A stretch of 64,000 nucleotides of DNA. Source: Mobula hypostoma. Taxonomy: Eukaryota. The DNA is taken from assembly GCF_963921235.1 (NCBI RefSeq), contig NC_086097.1, positions 116,064,001 through 116,128,000 of the forward strand, in the 5' to 3' direction. Positions 36,156 to 48,215 of the stretch are shown one piece after another. How positions within the stretch are numbered: position 1 is the stretch's first letter; every line of letters begins with the position of its first letter. The notes under the pieces were generated by a model. It saw nothing but the letters and a program-made list of their open reading frames with translations, was not told the origin of the DNA and ran no database searches. Made by a program: the position numbers and the translations under genes.

Positions 36156-36339
36156 TCAAAGAATTGAGTACAGGAATTGTGATATCATATGCTTGTTCAT
36201 TGCATTTTCATTCCTTGCTGGGTCTTTTTTCTCTTTTAGATCCTCTAAAGTAATTGTATTATTGTAATTATTTAAGCATCTTTTGGTGGAATGTCCTGAG
36301 AAGCCCTGAAAGTACACAACATGAGGGATGTTATGAGGG

Positions 36340-36675
36340 CCAATAGAGAGGGTCAATTCAGGCAGGCTTTTTCCACTGAGGTTGGATGGGACTACAACCA
36401 GAGGATATGGGTTAAGGGTGAAAGGTGAGAAGTTTAAGGGAAACACAAGGGGAAACTTCATCACTCAGAGGGTCGTGAGAATGTGGAACGAGCTGCCAGC
36501 ACAAGAAATGCATTCCAGCTCGATTTCAACCTTTAAAAGAAGCTTGGTTAGGTACATGGATAGTAGGGGGAGGAAAGCTATGATTGATAGGAGTAGGCAG
36601 TTTAAATGGTCTCAGCATGGACTAAGTAAGCCGATGAGCTTGTTTCGATGTGCTCGATTTCTCTATGACTCTATA
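36340..36675 (+). mobile_element. CR1 LINE 3' fragment
   Basis: ORF 36382..36696 TRGYGLRVKGEKFKGNTRGNFITQRVVRMWNELP. Confidence 0.85.
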
Positions 36676-37105
36676 ACATGCTTCAACTTTATGTAGAGTT
36701 ATAAACAACAGAATTATTGCTGTTTATAAGTCTACTGATTCTAGTTACTTCCTTTAATTGTTTTTAATTGATTCTTTATCATTTCATTTTGCACCATCAA
36801 CACATTTTTTTATTTAATGATTCCTGCTGTGATCATCAATGCTGAGTGCTACTTACTGTTCGGAGACAAGCAAAGTGGAGGAAATCAATACAAGATATTT
36901 ACCAAGAAATCATATAGATAATCCAGGAAGAATTCTTTAACCAAGATACACTGAGAATATCAAAATCGTAATATGAAGCAAATGAGACAAATTCTGGTGA
37001 AGTAAGGTGATGAATGAATAGGAAGTGGAGTATCATGCATGATTTCCCACTTTCATACTAACATACAGATCACTCTCTCAAACAATGAACTTCTCTCTCC
37101 CCTTT

Positions 37106-37280
37106 NNNNNNNNNNNNNNNNNNNNNNNNNNNNNNNNNNNNNNNNNNNNNNNNNNNNNNNNNNNNNNNNNNNNNNNNNNNNNNNNNNNNNNNNNNNNNNN
37201 NNNNNNNNNNNNNNNNNNNNNNNNNNNNNNNNNNNNNNNNNNNNNNNNNNNNNNNNNNNNNNNNNNNNNNNNNNNNNNNN
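37106..37280. other. Assembly gap (N run)
   Basis: Run of N. Confidence 1.
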
Positions 37281-37597
37281 CCCTCTCCGTCTCTCTCTCC
37301 CTGTCCCTCTCTACCCCTCTCCCTCCCTCCATCCCCCTCCCCTCTCCCCTCCCTCCCCTCCCTCTCTCTCCCCTCTCCCTCTCTCTCCCTCTCTCTCCCC
37401 CTCTCTCTCCCCTCTCCGTCTCTCTCTCCCTGTCCCTCTCTACTGCTCTCCCTCCCTCCCTCCCCCCCTCTCCCCTCCCTCCCCTCCCTCTCTCTCCCCT
37501 CTCCCTCTCTCTCCCTCTCTCTCCCCCCTCTCTCTCCCCTCTCCTTCTCCCTCCTCTCCCCCTCCCCCTCCCCTCTCCCTCTCCCCTCCCTCTCACT
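37281..37597. repeat. CT-rich low-complexity tract with an ~129-bp internal duplication
   Basis: Almost pure pyrimidine; CCCTCTCCGTCTCTCTCTCCCTGTCCCTCTCTAC occurs at 37281 and 37410. Confidence 0.95.
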
Positions 37598-37887
37598 NNN
37601 NNNNNNNNNNNNNNNNNNNNNNNNNNNNNNNNNNNNNNNNNNNNNNNNNNNNNNNNNNNNNNNNNNNNNNNNNNNNNNNNNNNNNNNNNNNNNNNNNNNN
37701 NNNNNNNNNNNNNNNNNNNNNNNNNNNNNNNNNNNNNNNNNNNNNNNNNNNNNNNNNNNNNNNNNNNNNNNNNNNNNNNNNNNNNNNNNNNNNNNNNNNN
37801 NNNNNNNNNNNNNNNNNNNNNNNNNNNNNNNNNNNNNNNNNNNNNNNNNNNNNNNNNNNNNNNNNNNNNNNNNNNNNNNNNNNNNNN
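37598..37887. other. Assembly gap (N run)
   Basis: Run of N. Confidence 1.
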
Positions 37888-37889
37888 TT

Positions 37890-37899
37890 TGCGCGTGTG

Positions 37900-37952
<53 letters not shown>
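37890..37952. repeat. (GC/GT)n-(CA)n microsatellite
   Basis: Alternating purine-pyrimidine run seen directly. Confidence 0.98.
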
Positions 37953-37954
<2 letters not shown>

Positions 37955-38219
37955 TCTCTGTCTCTGTTCACGACGACAGTGGTTGGTTCTGCATATCTAC
38001 CTCCTGGTTCAATGGAACCAGATTCAACTCTGGCCTTTGCAAAAGAAAGATAACATCTGGTTCTCATGAGACACGAAGCACCACCATGATCAGCAGGTAT
38101 TATATGATTTTGAAAAAGTATGAATTGAACTCCAGAAATGGAATGGGCAAGTGACTTTTGGAGTGTACTACATAAAAGTTTACCATTTTGATATCTTGCT
38201 CATGACTTAGCCGTTCTCA

Positions 38220-39150
38220 TACATAGTGGCATCACAGGCTGACAGTGTGGAGGAAGAGGTGTTCAGCATGCTGACTTTCATCAGTCTGTGTAGAAATACT
38301 GAGTATAGAAGATTTATTTTAATTTATTTATTGGGATACAGCACAGAACAGGCCCTTCAGCCCTTTGAACCATGCTGCTTAGTGATACCCTGATTTAACC
38401 CTAGTCTAATCACGGGACAATTTACAATGACTGATTAATCTATCAGCTGAAACTGTGGGAGGAAACTGTAGTCCCCAGAGGAAACCCACATGGTCAAGGG
38501 GAGAATGTACAAACACCTTACAAGCGGTGGGTCGCCTTTACTGTAAAGTGTTGTGCTAACCACTATGGTACCATGGCATCCTTTGAGACATTATATTGCA
38601 GTTCTACCAAGGCCACACTTGGAGTATTGTGTGCAAGTTTTGATAACTCTGTTACAGGAAAGATGTGGTTAGACTGGAAAGAGTACAGAAAAGATTAATG
38701 AAGATTTTGTCTGGATTAAAGGGCTCAAGTCATAGGGAAAGCTTGACCAGGCTAAGTCTTTAGTCCATGGAATGTCAGAGGACGAGGGACAACATTAGAG
38801 AAGAGTTCTAAATTTTGAGATGCATAAATAAGGAGAGTAATAGTCTTTTCCCCAGGGAAGGGGAGATGAACACTAGATGTAAGGTGAGAGGGGAAAGATT
38901 TAGAAAGGACATGAGAGGCAACTTTTCATGCAGACGGTGATAGTATATGGAATGAGCTGCCAAATGAAGTTGTTGAGGCAGATGCCTCATTTGGGAAACT
39001 CTTGGATAGATACATACTGGGACAGGGCTTGGGGGTTCAGGGAAAGAAAGCAAGATACTGGGCTAACTGGGTAGGCACTGTTGTCAGCATGAACCGGTTG
39101 GTCCAAAGAGCCTGTAATAGTTCTATATTGCTCAGTGACTGTATGACTCT
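38220..39150 (+). mobile_element. CR1 3' fragment interrupted by an antisense tRNA-derived SINE (~38310-38580)
   Basis: AGGCCACACTTGGAGTATTGTGTGC (RPHLEYCV); SINE core GTGGGAGGAAACT..GGAAACCCACATGGTCAAGGGGAGAATGTACAAA. Confidence 0.75.
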
Positions 39151-39223
39151 ATGTTGCCCGGCTATGGGAAATCGCATTCTGGACATAAAATTAAAACTTC
39201 CCTCTTTTTTTTGAATATATGTT

Positions 39224-40010
39224 CAGAATCAGTTTTAATATCACCGGCATATGTCGTGAAATTTGTTAAATTTGTGGCTGCAGTACAATGCAATACATGA
39301 TATGGCCTTTGTGGCTACGGGGGTCAGGGGGTATGGAGGGAAGGCTGGGGTGGGGTTCTGAGTTGGATGATCAGCCATGATCATAATAAATGGCAGTGCA
39401 GGCTCGAAGGGCCGAATGGCCTACTCCTGCACCTATTTTCTATGTTTCTATGTTTCTATGATAATATAGAAAAAAAAGTGGATTACAGTAAATATATATA
39501 TAGTTAAATAAGTGGTGCAAAAATAAAAATAAAAATGTAGAGAGGAAGTGTCCATGGGATCAATGTCCATTCAGAAGTCGTTTTGCAGAGGGGAAGAAGC
39601 TGTTCCTGAATCACTGAGTGTGTGCCTTCAAGATTCTGTACCTCCTTCCTGATGGTAATAATGAGAAGAGGGTATGTCCTGGGTAGTGGGGGTCCCTGAT
39701 GATCGGTGCCACCTTTTAGGGGCTCCTTGAAGATGCGTTGGATGCTACAGAGGCTGGGTGCCCATGAAGGAGCTCACTAAGTTTACAACTCTCTGCAGCT
39801 TACTTCGATCCTGTGCGTAGCCCATAGCACCCCATCCCTCCATACTAGACAGTGATGCAGTCTGTCGGAATGCTCTCCACAGTACATTTGGAGAAGTTTT
39901 TGAATGTTTTAGGTGACAAACCAACTCTCCTCAAACCCCTAATGAAATATAGCTGCTGTCTTGCCTTCTTGGTAGCTGCATCGATTTGTATCGATGTGTT
40001 GGGTTGACTA
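39224..40010 (-). mobile_element. Rex1/Babar-type LINE 3' fragment
   Basis: ORF 39845..40033 KKARQQLYFIRGLRRVGLSPKTFKNFSKCTVES; TCAGAATCAG tail. Confidence 0.8.
39303..39457 (+). mobile_element. Very short young CR1 3' tip, same subfamily as 7700-8528
   Basis: Near-identical to 8379-8527; (TTTCTATG)3 tail; TSD ATGATA. Confidence 0.9.
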
Positions 40011-40564
40011 TACATATGGTAGCAAATTCTCATATGAAGGCAGAAAAATAAAGTAACCTTCTGCTCTTACAAGGGAATTATTGAATTGAAGTCACTGTAG
40101 TTATTCCAAAAGCTGAAAAAATGAACCCCTCTGGGGCAGCCCGAAAGCAAAGATCATAAGGTTATACTCATCAAAGTATTCACATGATTCATGTCCTTTC
40201 CCCAGTAAATATTTGACTACTTTCCATTCTAGTCACTCTTGCTGTGAGTTTTTAGAGTTATGCAGCACCAATGCAGGCCACTCTACCATTAGGTTTATTT
40301 ATTTATTTCTTTATTGCAATAGGGTGCAAAATAGTCTCTTCCGGCCCTTTGAGCCACGCCACCCAGCAATCCCCCGATTTAATCTGAACCGAATTGTGCG
40401 ACAATCTACAATGACCAACTTGTGCCAGCCTTTGAAATGATTCTTATTTTCTCAGAGTTATCCCTCAGTGAGTATTCCCCTTCAAGTATAAATCTGGAAA
40501 GTTAATTGAATTTGTTTTAAAGCAATAAAATTCTTACTAAAAAGTAGCAGTATAAAAACTCTGG

Positions 40565-41500
40565 GGCCACTCTTAGGTTGAAGGAACAACACTTCATATT
40601 CTATCTTTATCGCTTCCAACCAGATAGCATGAATATTAATTTCTCTAACTTCTGGTAATTTTTCTCTCCTTCTGTATCTCTCTTTCTTCCATTCCCCTTT
40701 TTGGCTCTCCCCTTACATCATCCCTTCCTTGCACCTACCTATTGCCTCCTTCTGGTTACTCACCTGTTGTATATTTAATGTTTCAATAATATTTGAGTGA
40801 TCTTGTATGTATATATATATTGGTTGATTAAGCATTCTTATTTGTTTAAATAATTCACTACAGGTTATAAGACCATAAAACCATAAGACATAGGAGCGAA
40901 TTAGCCATTCAGCCTATCAAGTCTGCTCTGACATTCCATCATGGCTGATCCCAGATCCCACTCAATGCCATACACCTGCCTTCTCGCGTTACATGTAAAA
41001 ATACGTGAATTGCATGCATCATGACACTACCACCTGATATGTGTGTGTGTCTCGCTTAAGGTAAAAACAAAGTTAAACTCACACTTTGGACTCCTGTGTC
41101 GTCCTTTGAATTAGTTTAATGTTTTGAAGTTACAAAGCATTATACCTCATACTTCCCTTTTTCCCATGGTCCCCTCTCCCCTCCTGTCAGATTCCCTCTT
41201 CAGCTCTTTACTTTTTCCGGATATTACTTTCCAGCTTCTCACTTTATCCCTCCTCCACCCACCCACCTACCTTCCCCCTCATCTGGCTGCACTTTTCACC
41301 TTCTAGCTTGTACTCCTTCCTTTCCCTGCCACCCCCTACCTTCTTATTTTGGCTTCTTCCCCCTTCCTTTCCCGTACTGAAGAAGAGTTTTCGTCCGAAG
41401 TGTCAACTCTTTCCATTGATACTGCCTGACCTGACGAGTTGCTGCAGCATTTTGGACGTATTCCTCTGGATTTCCAGCATCTGCAGAATCCCGTCTGTTT
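40565..41500 (+). mobile_element. Penelope-like 3' fragment, interrupted at 40765-41142
   Basis: Encodes ATLRLKEQHFIFYLYRFQPDSMNINFSNF* (GIY-YIG C-terminus), then a CT-rich pLTR, a degenerate hammerhead at ~41375 and the tail. Confidence 0.75.
40765..41142. mobile_element. Probable solo LTR, itself carrying an antisense CR1 tip (~40868-40985)
   Basis: Starts TGTTGTA, interrupts the Penelope pLTR cleanly; right terminus and TSD are degenerate. Confidence 0.45.
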
Positions 41501-41817
41501 AGTATAAATGTATTTTCCTTTCATTTAGTTCATTTCTGGAATTTATGTATGGCAGACAAGACAAACGTTTACTGCCCTTCCCTTGATAAGGTGGTGGTGA
41601 ACCACTTTTTCAAACCTTTGCAGTCCTGGTGAAGGTAGTCCCATAGAACCATTGGGCATGGAGAACCAGCACTTCTAATCAGTCTTACTGAAGGAATAGC
41701 GGAATATTTCCAAGTCAGGATGGTATGGAATTTGGAAGAAACCTGCACTGAACGGTCTTCCTGTGTACCTGCTGCCCTTTTCCATCTTACTACTTGAGGT
41801 CAAGGGTTTGAGAGATG

Positions 41818-42120
41818 TTCAGAATCAGATTTAATACCACCAGCGTATGTCATGAAATTTGTCAACTTCATGGCAGCAGCACAATGAAATACATGATAAA
41901 AATATAGAGAAAAATACTGAGTTAGATTAAGTATATATTTGTCTATTAAATAGTTAAGTTAAAATAGGTCGTGTGAAGTAGCCGAAATAAAAAAAGATTA
42001 GCGACGTAATGTTCATGGGTTCAATGTCCATTTAGAAATTGGATGGCAGAGGGGAAGAAGCTGTTCCTGAATCACTGAGTGAATGCCTTTAGACTTCTGT
42101 ACCTCCTTCCCAAGGGTAAC
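41818..42120 (-). mobile_element. Rex1/Babar-type LINE 3' tip
   Basis: Homologous to 1461-1750 and 39224-39660. Confidence 0.75.
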
Positions 42121-42533
42121 AGCTGGAAAGGCTGGGTAAGAAACTACAATGCATCGTGCACATGTTGGCATTTCAGTTTCTAATCAGTCATGGTGAAGAG
42201 CATGAATGGTTAGATATTGTAAGTCCTAGACAGAGTGGATGTGGCGTGGTTGATCACTATAGTCAAGGAGTCTATGACCAAAGGGCACAGGCTCAGAATA
42301 TGAAGACATCCCTTTAGATCAGGGATGAGAAGGAATTTCACCAGCCAGTGGTGGTGAATCAGTGGAATTCACTGTCACATGTCAGCTGCTGCTGGATACT
42401 CATCCTCTGACCTGTTCTTGTGCCACTCTATTTATGTGGCTGCTCCAACTAGATTACTGGTCAAAAGATACTTATGGTGGCACCTTTTTCAAGCTTCATA
42501 GATCCAAGTAAATTTATTACTAAAGTCCATGTA

Positions 42534-43841
42534 TGTTATGGTCCAGTCCATGAAGTCTGCATTCCGGTTCACGGTCCGGTCCATTAATTCGTATTCCAGG
42601 TTTTCCGGTTTTCCATTGTTCTGTTGGGTGCTCTAATTAAGGCACATGATTCTCATTTGGGCAGACACATAAATTCCTCCAGAGACCAGGGCTTGGCTGC
42701 TGGATTGTTCCTGTCTGAATCCCTCTTCAGCCCCTGCCTCCTGAAGCCTTGCCTGTGTCCTTGCCTGTATATCCTTGTCAGGATCAACTGCTGGAGCAAG
42801 ACCAGAGCCTTGCTGTGTCTAGATAAGGAACTGTATTTTGTTGTTTGGAACTGTCTCTTTGTGTCCATGCCATTGCTAGGTAGGTCCAGTCGTTTGCCAC
42901 TACCTTGAGTTGAGAACTGTCTCTGTGTCCACGCATTTGCTAGGTAGGTCTGGCTGTTTGCTGTTAGCTTGAGTTGTGAACTTTCTCTGTGTCCATGCCT
43001 TCACTAGGTAGGTCTGGCTGTTTGCTGCAACCTTGCATTGGGTACTGTCTCTCTGTCTTCTGTGTATGAGTCCTGGCCCTATGTCCTGTTCCCAAGGAGG
43101 GGACCTGGCTCTGTGTTCTGCGTTCCTGTCTCCCAAGACCAAGGCTTTGTTCTGTGTTCCTGTCTCCCAGGACCAAGTCAAGGCTTCGGGGTCTTGTCCT
43201 GTTCTTGTGCCTTGCCCAGCCCAGGAGTATCTCGTCTATTCCAAGCCACGTCCAAGAACCTTGTCTAGTCCAAGCCACGGCTTCGTGTTCTCATCCTGTC
43301 CATGTGCCTCACCCAGCCCAGGAGCACCTCACCCAGCCCGGTGTTGGGGTTCCCTTGTCCTTTGCTGGGGCTACCCGGGGTTACCTTGTCCTGTCCAAGT
43401 CAAGGATTTGTGTTCTCGTCCTGTCCATGTGCCTCGTCCTGTGCAGGAGTTCCACATCCTGTTCTGTAGCCACGTCCTGTCCTTGCCAAGATCCTAATCC
43501 CGAGTCCTAGCCTAGACCCGGATTCCAGTTCCAAGTCAAGATCGAGGTTCCGAGTCCCAGCCAGGACCCAGGTTCTGGGTCCTTGTCCAGGCTCTGGTTC
43601 CGGAGTTCCATGTCACTAGTCCAGGCTCCTTGTTCCTAGTTCCTTGTCCAGGTTCTGTGTTTCTTGTCCATGTCCTAGCCCAGGCCCTGCATCTTAGTCT
43701 CATCCAGGGCCTATGTCAATATCCAGCGTCCTTTCTTGCCCACTTCCCTTGCTTGCTTAACTCTAGTCCTATGCCTGTTGCTAGTATGTCAGTGTCTGTG
43801 TCTTGCATTTGGGTCCACCACCAGTGCCCCCCTTTATAAAA
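42534..43841. mobile_element. LTR-like element (~1.3 kb) with internal tandem repeats
   Basis: Starts TGTTATG and ends ..CTGTGTCTTGCATTTGGGTCC..TTATAAAA (degenerate CA end); three ~64-bp repeats at 42849-43042; strong T/C skew; no TSD seen. Confidence 0.55.
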
Positions 43842-43894
43842 TAAATAATACTGAGAACATGAGTTGTAGGGTCCTTGGAGATGAGTCAATATGT

Positions 43895-44505
43895 TGTAGG
43901 GTAATGTAATTGGTGGAAATGTACATAATTCACAACCACCGACATGCAGTGGAGTTTTAATTTTAAGAGGCTGGTCTGACGTGATGAAGTAATTGCTTAA
44001 AGGGGTTTTAACATGCTCTGAGTTCAGTTTTTTGGTGTTCAATAAATGAGTTGCTATGGCCTTTTCTGAAACATGAAACACCTCACTTTGTTTTATTTCT
44101 GAAAGCCTACATTGGTGACCCCGACGCTTTAGGACAATTTCAAAGTTATTGAACATGTCACCCAATGCAGTTGCTTTGAAACCGCTGGTGTTTTCGGTGT
44201 AAAATGCCGTCATTTGGTTTGCACAAGCGGAGGCTCAATTCGCACTTCAGGAATTCTAGCCGGCAACACTAAGTATTTCTATGTGGTAGCGCTGCTCAGT
44301 AACTCCTCGGCTGTGCGAGTAGTAAATCTACTGGAACACCTGCCTGAGCAGAAAAAAATACCAATTGCTGAAATCTTATCTTTTGCAGACTTCTGGTCTA
44401 TCGGAATTGCACGCTTTGAGTTCAGTTTTTTGGTGTTGAATAAATGAACTACAGCTTTCCTGAAACATAAAATGTCTCACTTTATTGTATTTGCAAAAAC
44501 CTCAC
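43895..44505 (+). mobile_element. Miniature Gypsy remnant: 5' LTR (43895-44111), tRNA-Trp PBS, gag N-terminus, partial second LTR
   Basis: LTR termini TGTAGG..CCTACA; PBS TGGTGACCCCGACG at 44113-44126; ATG 44155 MSPNAVALK..WFAQAEAQF..TKYFYVVALL; 44414-44505 repeats 44017-44111. Confidence 0.85.
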
Positions 44506-44745
44506 TTCAGTGTTGAGTGAGTGAACTTATCCATGCTGGTTCAGGAACCTAATGGCTGTCAGGTAACAACTGTCCCTGTGTCTGTGGGATTTAAGGCTTC
44601 TGTACCTCCTGCCTGATGGTGGTAGTGAGAAGACAGCATGGCCTGGATGTTGGGAGTCCTTGAAGGTGGATGCTACTTTCCTGTGACAATGCTCCATGAA
44701 GATGTGCTCAATGGTAGTGAGTGTTTTGCCTCTGATGGCCTGCAT
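44506..44745 (-). mobile_element. Rex1/Babar-type LINE 3' fragment (host of the LTR insertions; tail near 42500)
   Basis: ORF 44527..44778 IEHIFMEHCHRKVASTFKDSQHPGHAVFSLPPSGRRYRSL. Confidence 0.8.
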
Positions 44746-45499
44746 GTCACCAGATTGCCTGACATTTCTGTATTTCAAATGTAAGATGCCACATGTAATC
44801 TCACACCAATGTGCAAGTTAGGCCTTGTTGCTTGCAAGGTTACTTCATTCACTACTAAATTAAAATTCAATTGAATTTATCCATAATCGTTCAGCTTCTG
44901 AAGATCTGATTGAAGCTAAGTCATTGAAGAAGCAGCTGAAGATGGTTGGGTTCAGGATGCTGTCCTCTGGCCGTGAGATCTGGGATAGCTAACCACTGAC
45001 AACATAGCCATATCCCTTGGAGGTATGACTCCAAGCACTGAGTGTTTTCCCTTTGAATCCCATTGACATCAGCTGCTCCCTTAGCATCAAGTTAGGTCAC
45101 TGTCGTGTCCACATTTGAATGACAATTTAAGGTATAGAGATGAATGGTTCTGGCAAACCCAAATGAACATTATTATTATTGATAAGTGAGTGGCACTTAA
45201 CAACTATTTGGAAATTTTTGGTGCTAATTTAGTAGCCAGTAAAAAGATTTGTGTTGTCCCTGGAAGTTTTGTGTGCAAACCCATCAAAGTGTTCAAAACA
45301 CCTGCAAAATATCCCTTGAGCATTCTCTGCTTTTCAGGACCAAACCAAAGTATTCATATCGTCCTACATAATTTACTACAAACGTTTGTAACTCCTCCCT
45401 CCGCAGTCCATTCACTCTAAAACCTTTGCATCCTCCTTAAGGCAGAGGTTAGCTGGTGGAACTTAGAACATGGAAGATTGAAGTGTGGAGACATTAGAG

Positions 45500-46500
45500 A
45501 CCGGACAGGTGCTGGAATCTGGAGAAACACAATCAACACTGGAGGAATTCAACGAGTCAAGCCATATCTGTAGAGAGAAATGGGCAATTGATATTTTGTG
45601 TTGAGACCCTTTATCTGGACTGGAAAGAAAGGGGGAGATAAACAGTATATAACAGTGGAGTTAAGGGATGTAGCAAGAGATGGCAAGGGATAGGTGGTTC
45701 CACGTGAGGGGTGTAATAGGCAGATGAGGGTAGAAATGATGTCGGGAGCATGCAAGTGACAAAGGGCTGAAGATGATGGAAAATAATGGAAGAGGACATT
45801 GAAGCATGGAATAAATGGAGGGAGGTGGGGAATGGAACTGGTAGGAGGACCATGTTGACGCTGTGAAGATAGAGAGACTGGGGATGAGCAAGAAATTGCG
45901 CATTGTGTTTTGGTCTTTAATTTAGATCTTTCATGTTTCTTGCTTTGTGGCTGCCTGTAAGAAGACAAATGTCAAGGTTGTATAATTTACATATTGTGGG
46001 CATGTGGCCAAGTGGTTAAGGCATTCGACTAGCGATCTGAAGGTCGTGAGTTCAAGCCCCAACTGAGGCAACATATTGTGTCTTTGAGCAAGGCACATAA
46101 TCACAGATTGCTCTGTGATGAAACTGGTGCCAAGCTGTATGGGTCATAATGCCCTTCCCTTGGACAACATCAGTGGCATGGAGAGGGGAGACTTGCAGCA
46201 TGGGCAACTGCCTGTCTTCCATACAACGTTGCTCAGGTCTGCACCCTGGAGTGTGAAGACTTTCCAGGCGCAGATCCATGGCCTCACAAGACTAACAGAT
46301 GCCTCAAACATATTCTGATAATAAAAGTACTTTGAACTTTGAAGTAGGGTGATGGGAGCCTGTAGAATCAGGACGAGAAAATAAAGAAGAAAAAAAGAAA
46401 TATGGAGGAGCTGTTACTGGAAGTTTCAGAATTTAATGTTCATGCCACCAAGTTGGAGACTGTCCAGGCAGAATATAAGGTGCCATTGCTCTAATTTTCT
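45500..46500 (-). mobile_element. Penelope-like 3' fragment interrupted by a LINE tail and a SINE
   Basis: Minus strand at 46410-46495 encodes LEQWHLIFCLDSLQLGGMNIKF; purine-rich pLTR and degenerate hammerhead near 45590-45620. Confidence 0.65.
45996..46307 (+). mobile_element. tRNA-headed SINE with an RTE-like body
   Basis: A-box TGGCCAAGTGG, B-box GTTCAAGCC; perfect TSD ACATATT (45989-45995, 46308-46314). Confidence 0.9.
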
Positions 46501-47254
46501 GAAATGAGGACAGAAAGATCAAGAAAGGGAGAGGTGTGTTAACTTCTCTCATTATTCCTGTTATATCATTTTATTTACAAATATTTACTATCCAATAGGG
46601 TATTGATAACATATTTACAGATACTGACATAGAGATTTTGATGACTCATATGGTATAAATATTTTTTTGAATTTAAAATGCCATGGGCTTTAACTCAGGG
46701 TACTCCAGCTATCTTAGTTTCATTCTTTAATCGGGTCTGTTCATAATATTGGCTCTTCACACTCATTCCCTCAGGTAAGGTATCACCAGTCATTATTTAA
46801 AATGAGTGTAACTGGGGCCAATGAAGTGGATAGCGGGAAACAAAAATGTGTCAGATAATCTTAATTCTTTGAAATCATTGCCATTTTGAAGATCCAAAAA
46901 CATAAATGTTATATTTCTGACCAATTTGAAATGCCAAATACTTTATCTTGTAAATATAGGTTGTTCAGTTGAAAACACATTTGAGTTGTCATCTGAACAG
47001 AACATGCAACTAATAGCTTTAATGTACATTGCCAGGGTAACAGCAGATTTGCTTTTCTTTTGCTGGGAATTGCATCTCTAACTCACAGATATTAAATTGA
47101 CCTCATCCTGATGTCATCTTTTAATGGTCTCTTTTGATGGGCTTTATTGAAGTATCCCTTTTAATGCATCAAATAGGAAAATGAGGTAACTAATATGAAC
47201 CTTTTTAATATCATTCCTTGTGAAAGAAAAGAAACGACAGATATTTATTGGAGA

Positions 47255-47375
47255 CAGAAGAGGATGCAGATATATTGGAGCTAAAAATAAAGTCCTGGAA
47301 GAATTCATTGGAGGCATCCGTGGAGGCAAAGGGATTTTCCACATTTCAGGTAGAGACCCTTCCTCAGGTCTGAGA
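47255..47375 (-). mobile_element. Penelope-derived fragment with hammerhead remnant
   Basis: Minus strand AGAC-CTGAGGA-A-GGG TCTCTA CCT-GAAA-TGT. Confidence 0.55.
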
Positions 47376-47629
47376 ATGTTGTGGGAATATAGGAGTTGAT
47401 TAGATGACTCAATTTAGGATTATCCAAAATATGTAATTTGTTTAAAAATTTATTTTTATAATACTTTGGAACAGGCAGAAAGGATTCCATTGTTTGCTAC
47501 TTGAAACAAAATCATTACGATGATGCTAATGATGTATCTTGGATTTTGCTACAAGTATTAAAGAAGTAGTTCAGCAGAACATGTGATGTAGTATTTAACT
47601 TAACTGGTTTAGAACACCTTACGTCATAA

Positions 47630-48215
47630 AGTCTTAGAACACTACAGCACAGAAACAGACCTTTTTGGATCACTTAGTCTATGCCGGACTATTACTCTGC
47701 CTGGACCCATCAACTCACACCTGGATCATAGCCCTCTAGACCTTTCCCATCTACGTACCTATCCAAATTGCTCTTAAATGTTGAAATCGAACCCACATTG
47801 ACCACTCTCACCACCCACTGAGTAAAGTAGTTCCCCTTAAACATTTCACCTTTCATGCTTAACCCATGTCCTCTAGTTCTGGACTCACCCAACCTCAGAG
47901 CAAAAAAGCCTTTTGCATTTATCTCATCTATACCCCTCATAATTTTATTTACCTCTATCAAATCTCACTTCATTCTCCTTTGCTCAAAGGAATAAAGTCC
48001 TAACCTATTCAAACTTTCCCTATAACACAGGTCCTCAAGTCCCAGAAACATCCTTGTCAATTCTCTCTGTACTCTTTCAATTATATTGCTATCATTCCAA
48101 ATTAGGCCTCACCAATGTCTGATTCAACTTCAACAGAGCATCCCATCTCCTGTAGTCAATACTTTGATTTATGAAGGCCAATGTGCCTAAAACTCTCTTT
48201 AAGAGCCTATCTAAT
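47630..48215 (-). mobile_element. CR1 LINE 3' fragment
   Basis: ORF 47710..47961 IEVNKIMRGID..SRTRGHGL..YFTQWVV. Confidence 0.85.

Larger units (their letters stand above)
41550..45190 (-). mobile_element. Ancient CR1-like LINE broken up by several younger insertions
   Basis: Colinear pieces at 41550-41815, 42120-42220, 42380-42490 and 44775-45190; the last encodes a decayed DSILNPTIFSCFFNDL (PQGSVLGP..INDL-type) motif on the minus strand. Confidence 0.55.

Noticed and set aside
37039-38154. Long ORFs of 292-371 aa rich in Pro/Ser or Arg/Glu
   Set aside because: Artefacts of N runs and CT/CA low-complexity sequence.
42849-43042. CRISPR-like repeat array
   Set aside because: Degenerate tandem units without unique spacers, no cas genes, vertebrate context.
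43033-43510. Cys/Pro-rich ORFs
   Set aside because: Produced by tandem repeats within the LTR-like element.
45996-46070. tRNA gene (also ~20519-20590)
   Set aside because: tRNA-like head continues into a SINE body with a tail, and here a TSD; no complete cloverleaf.
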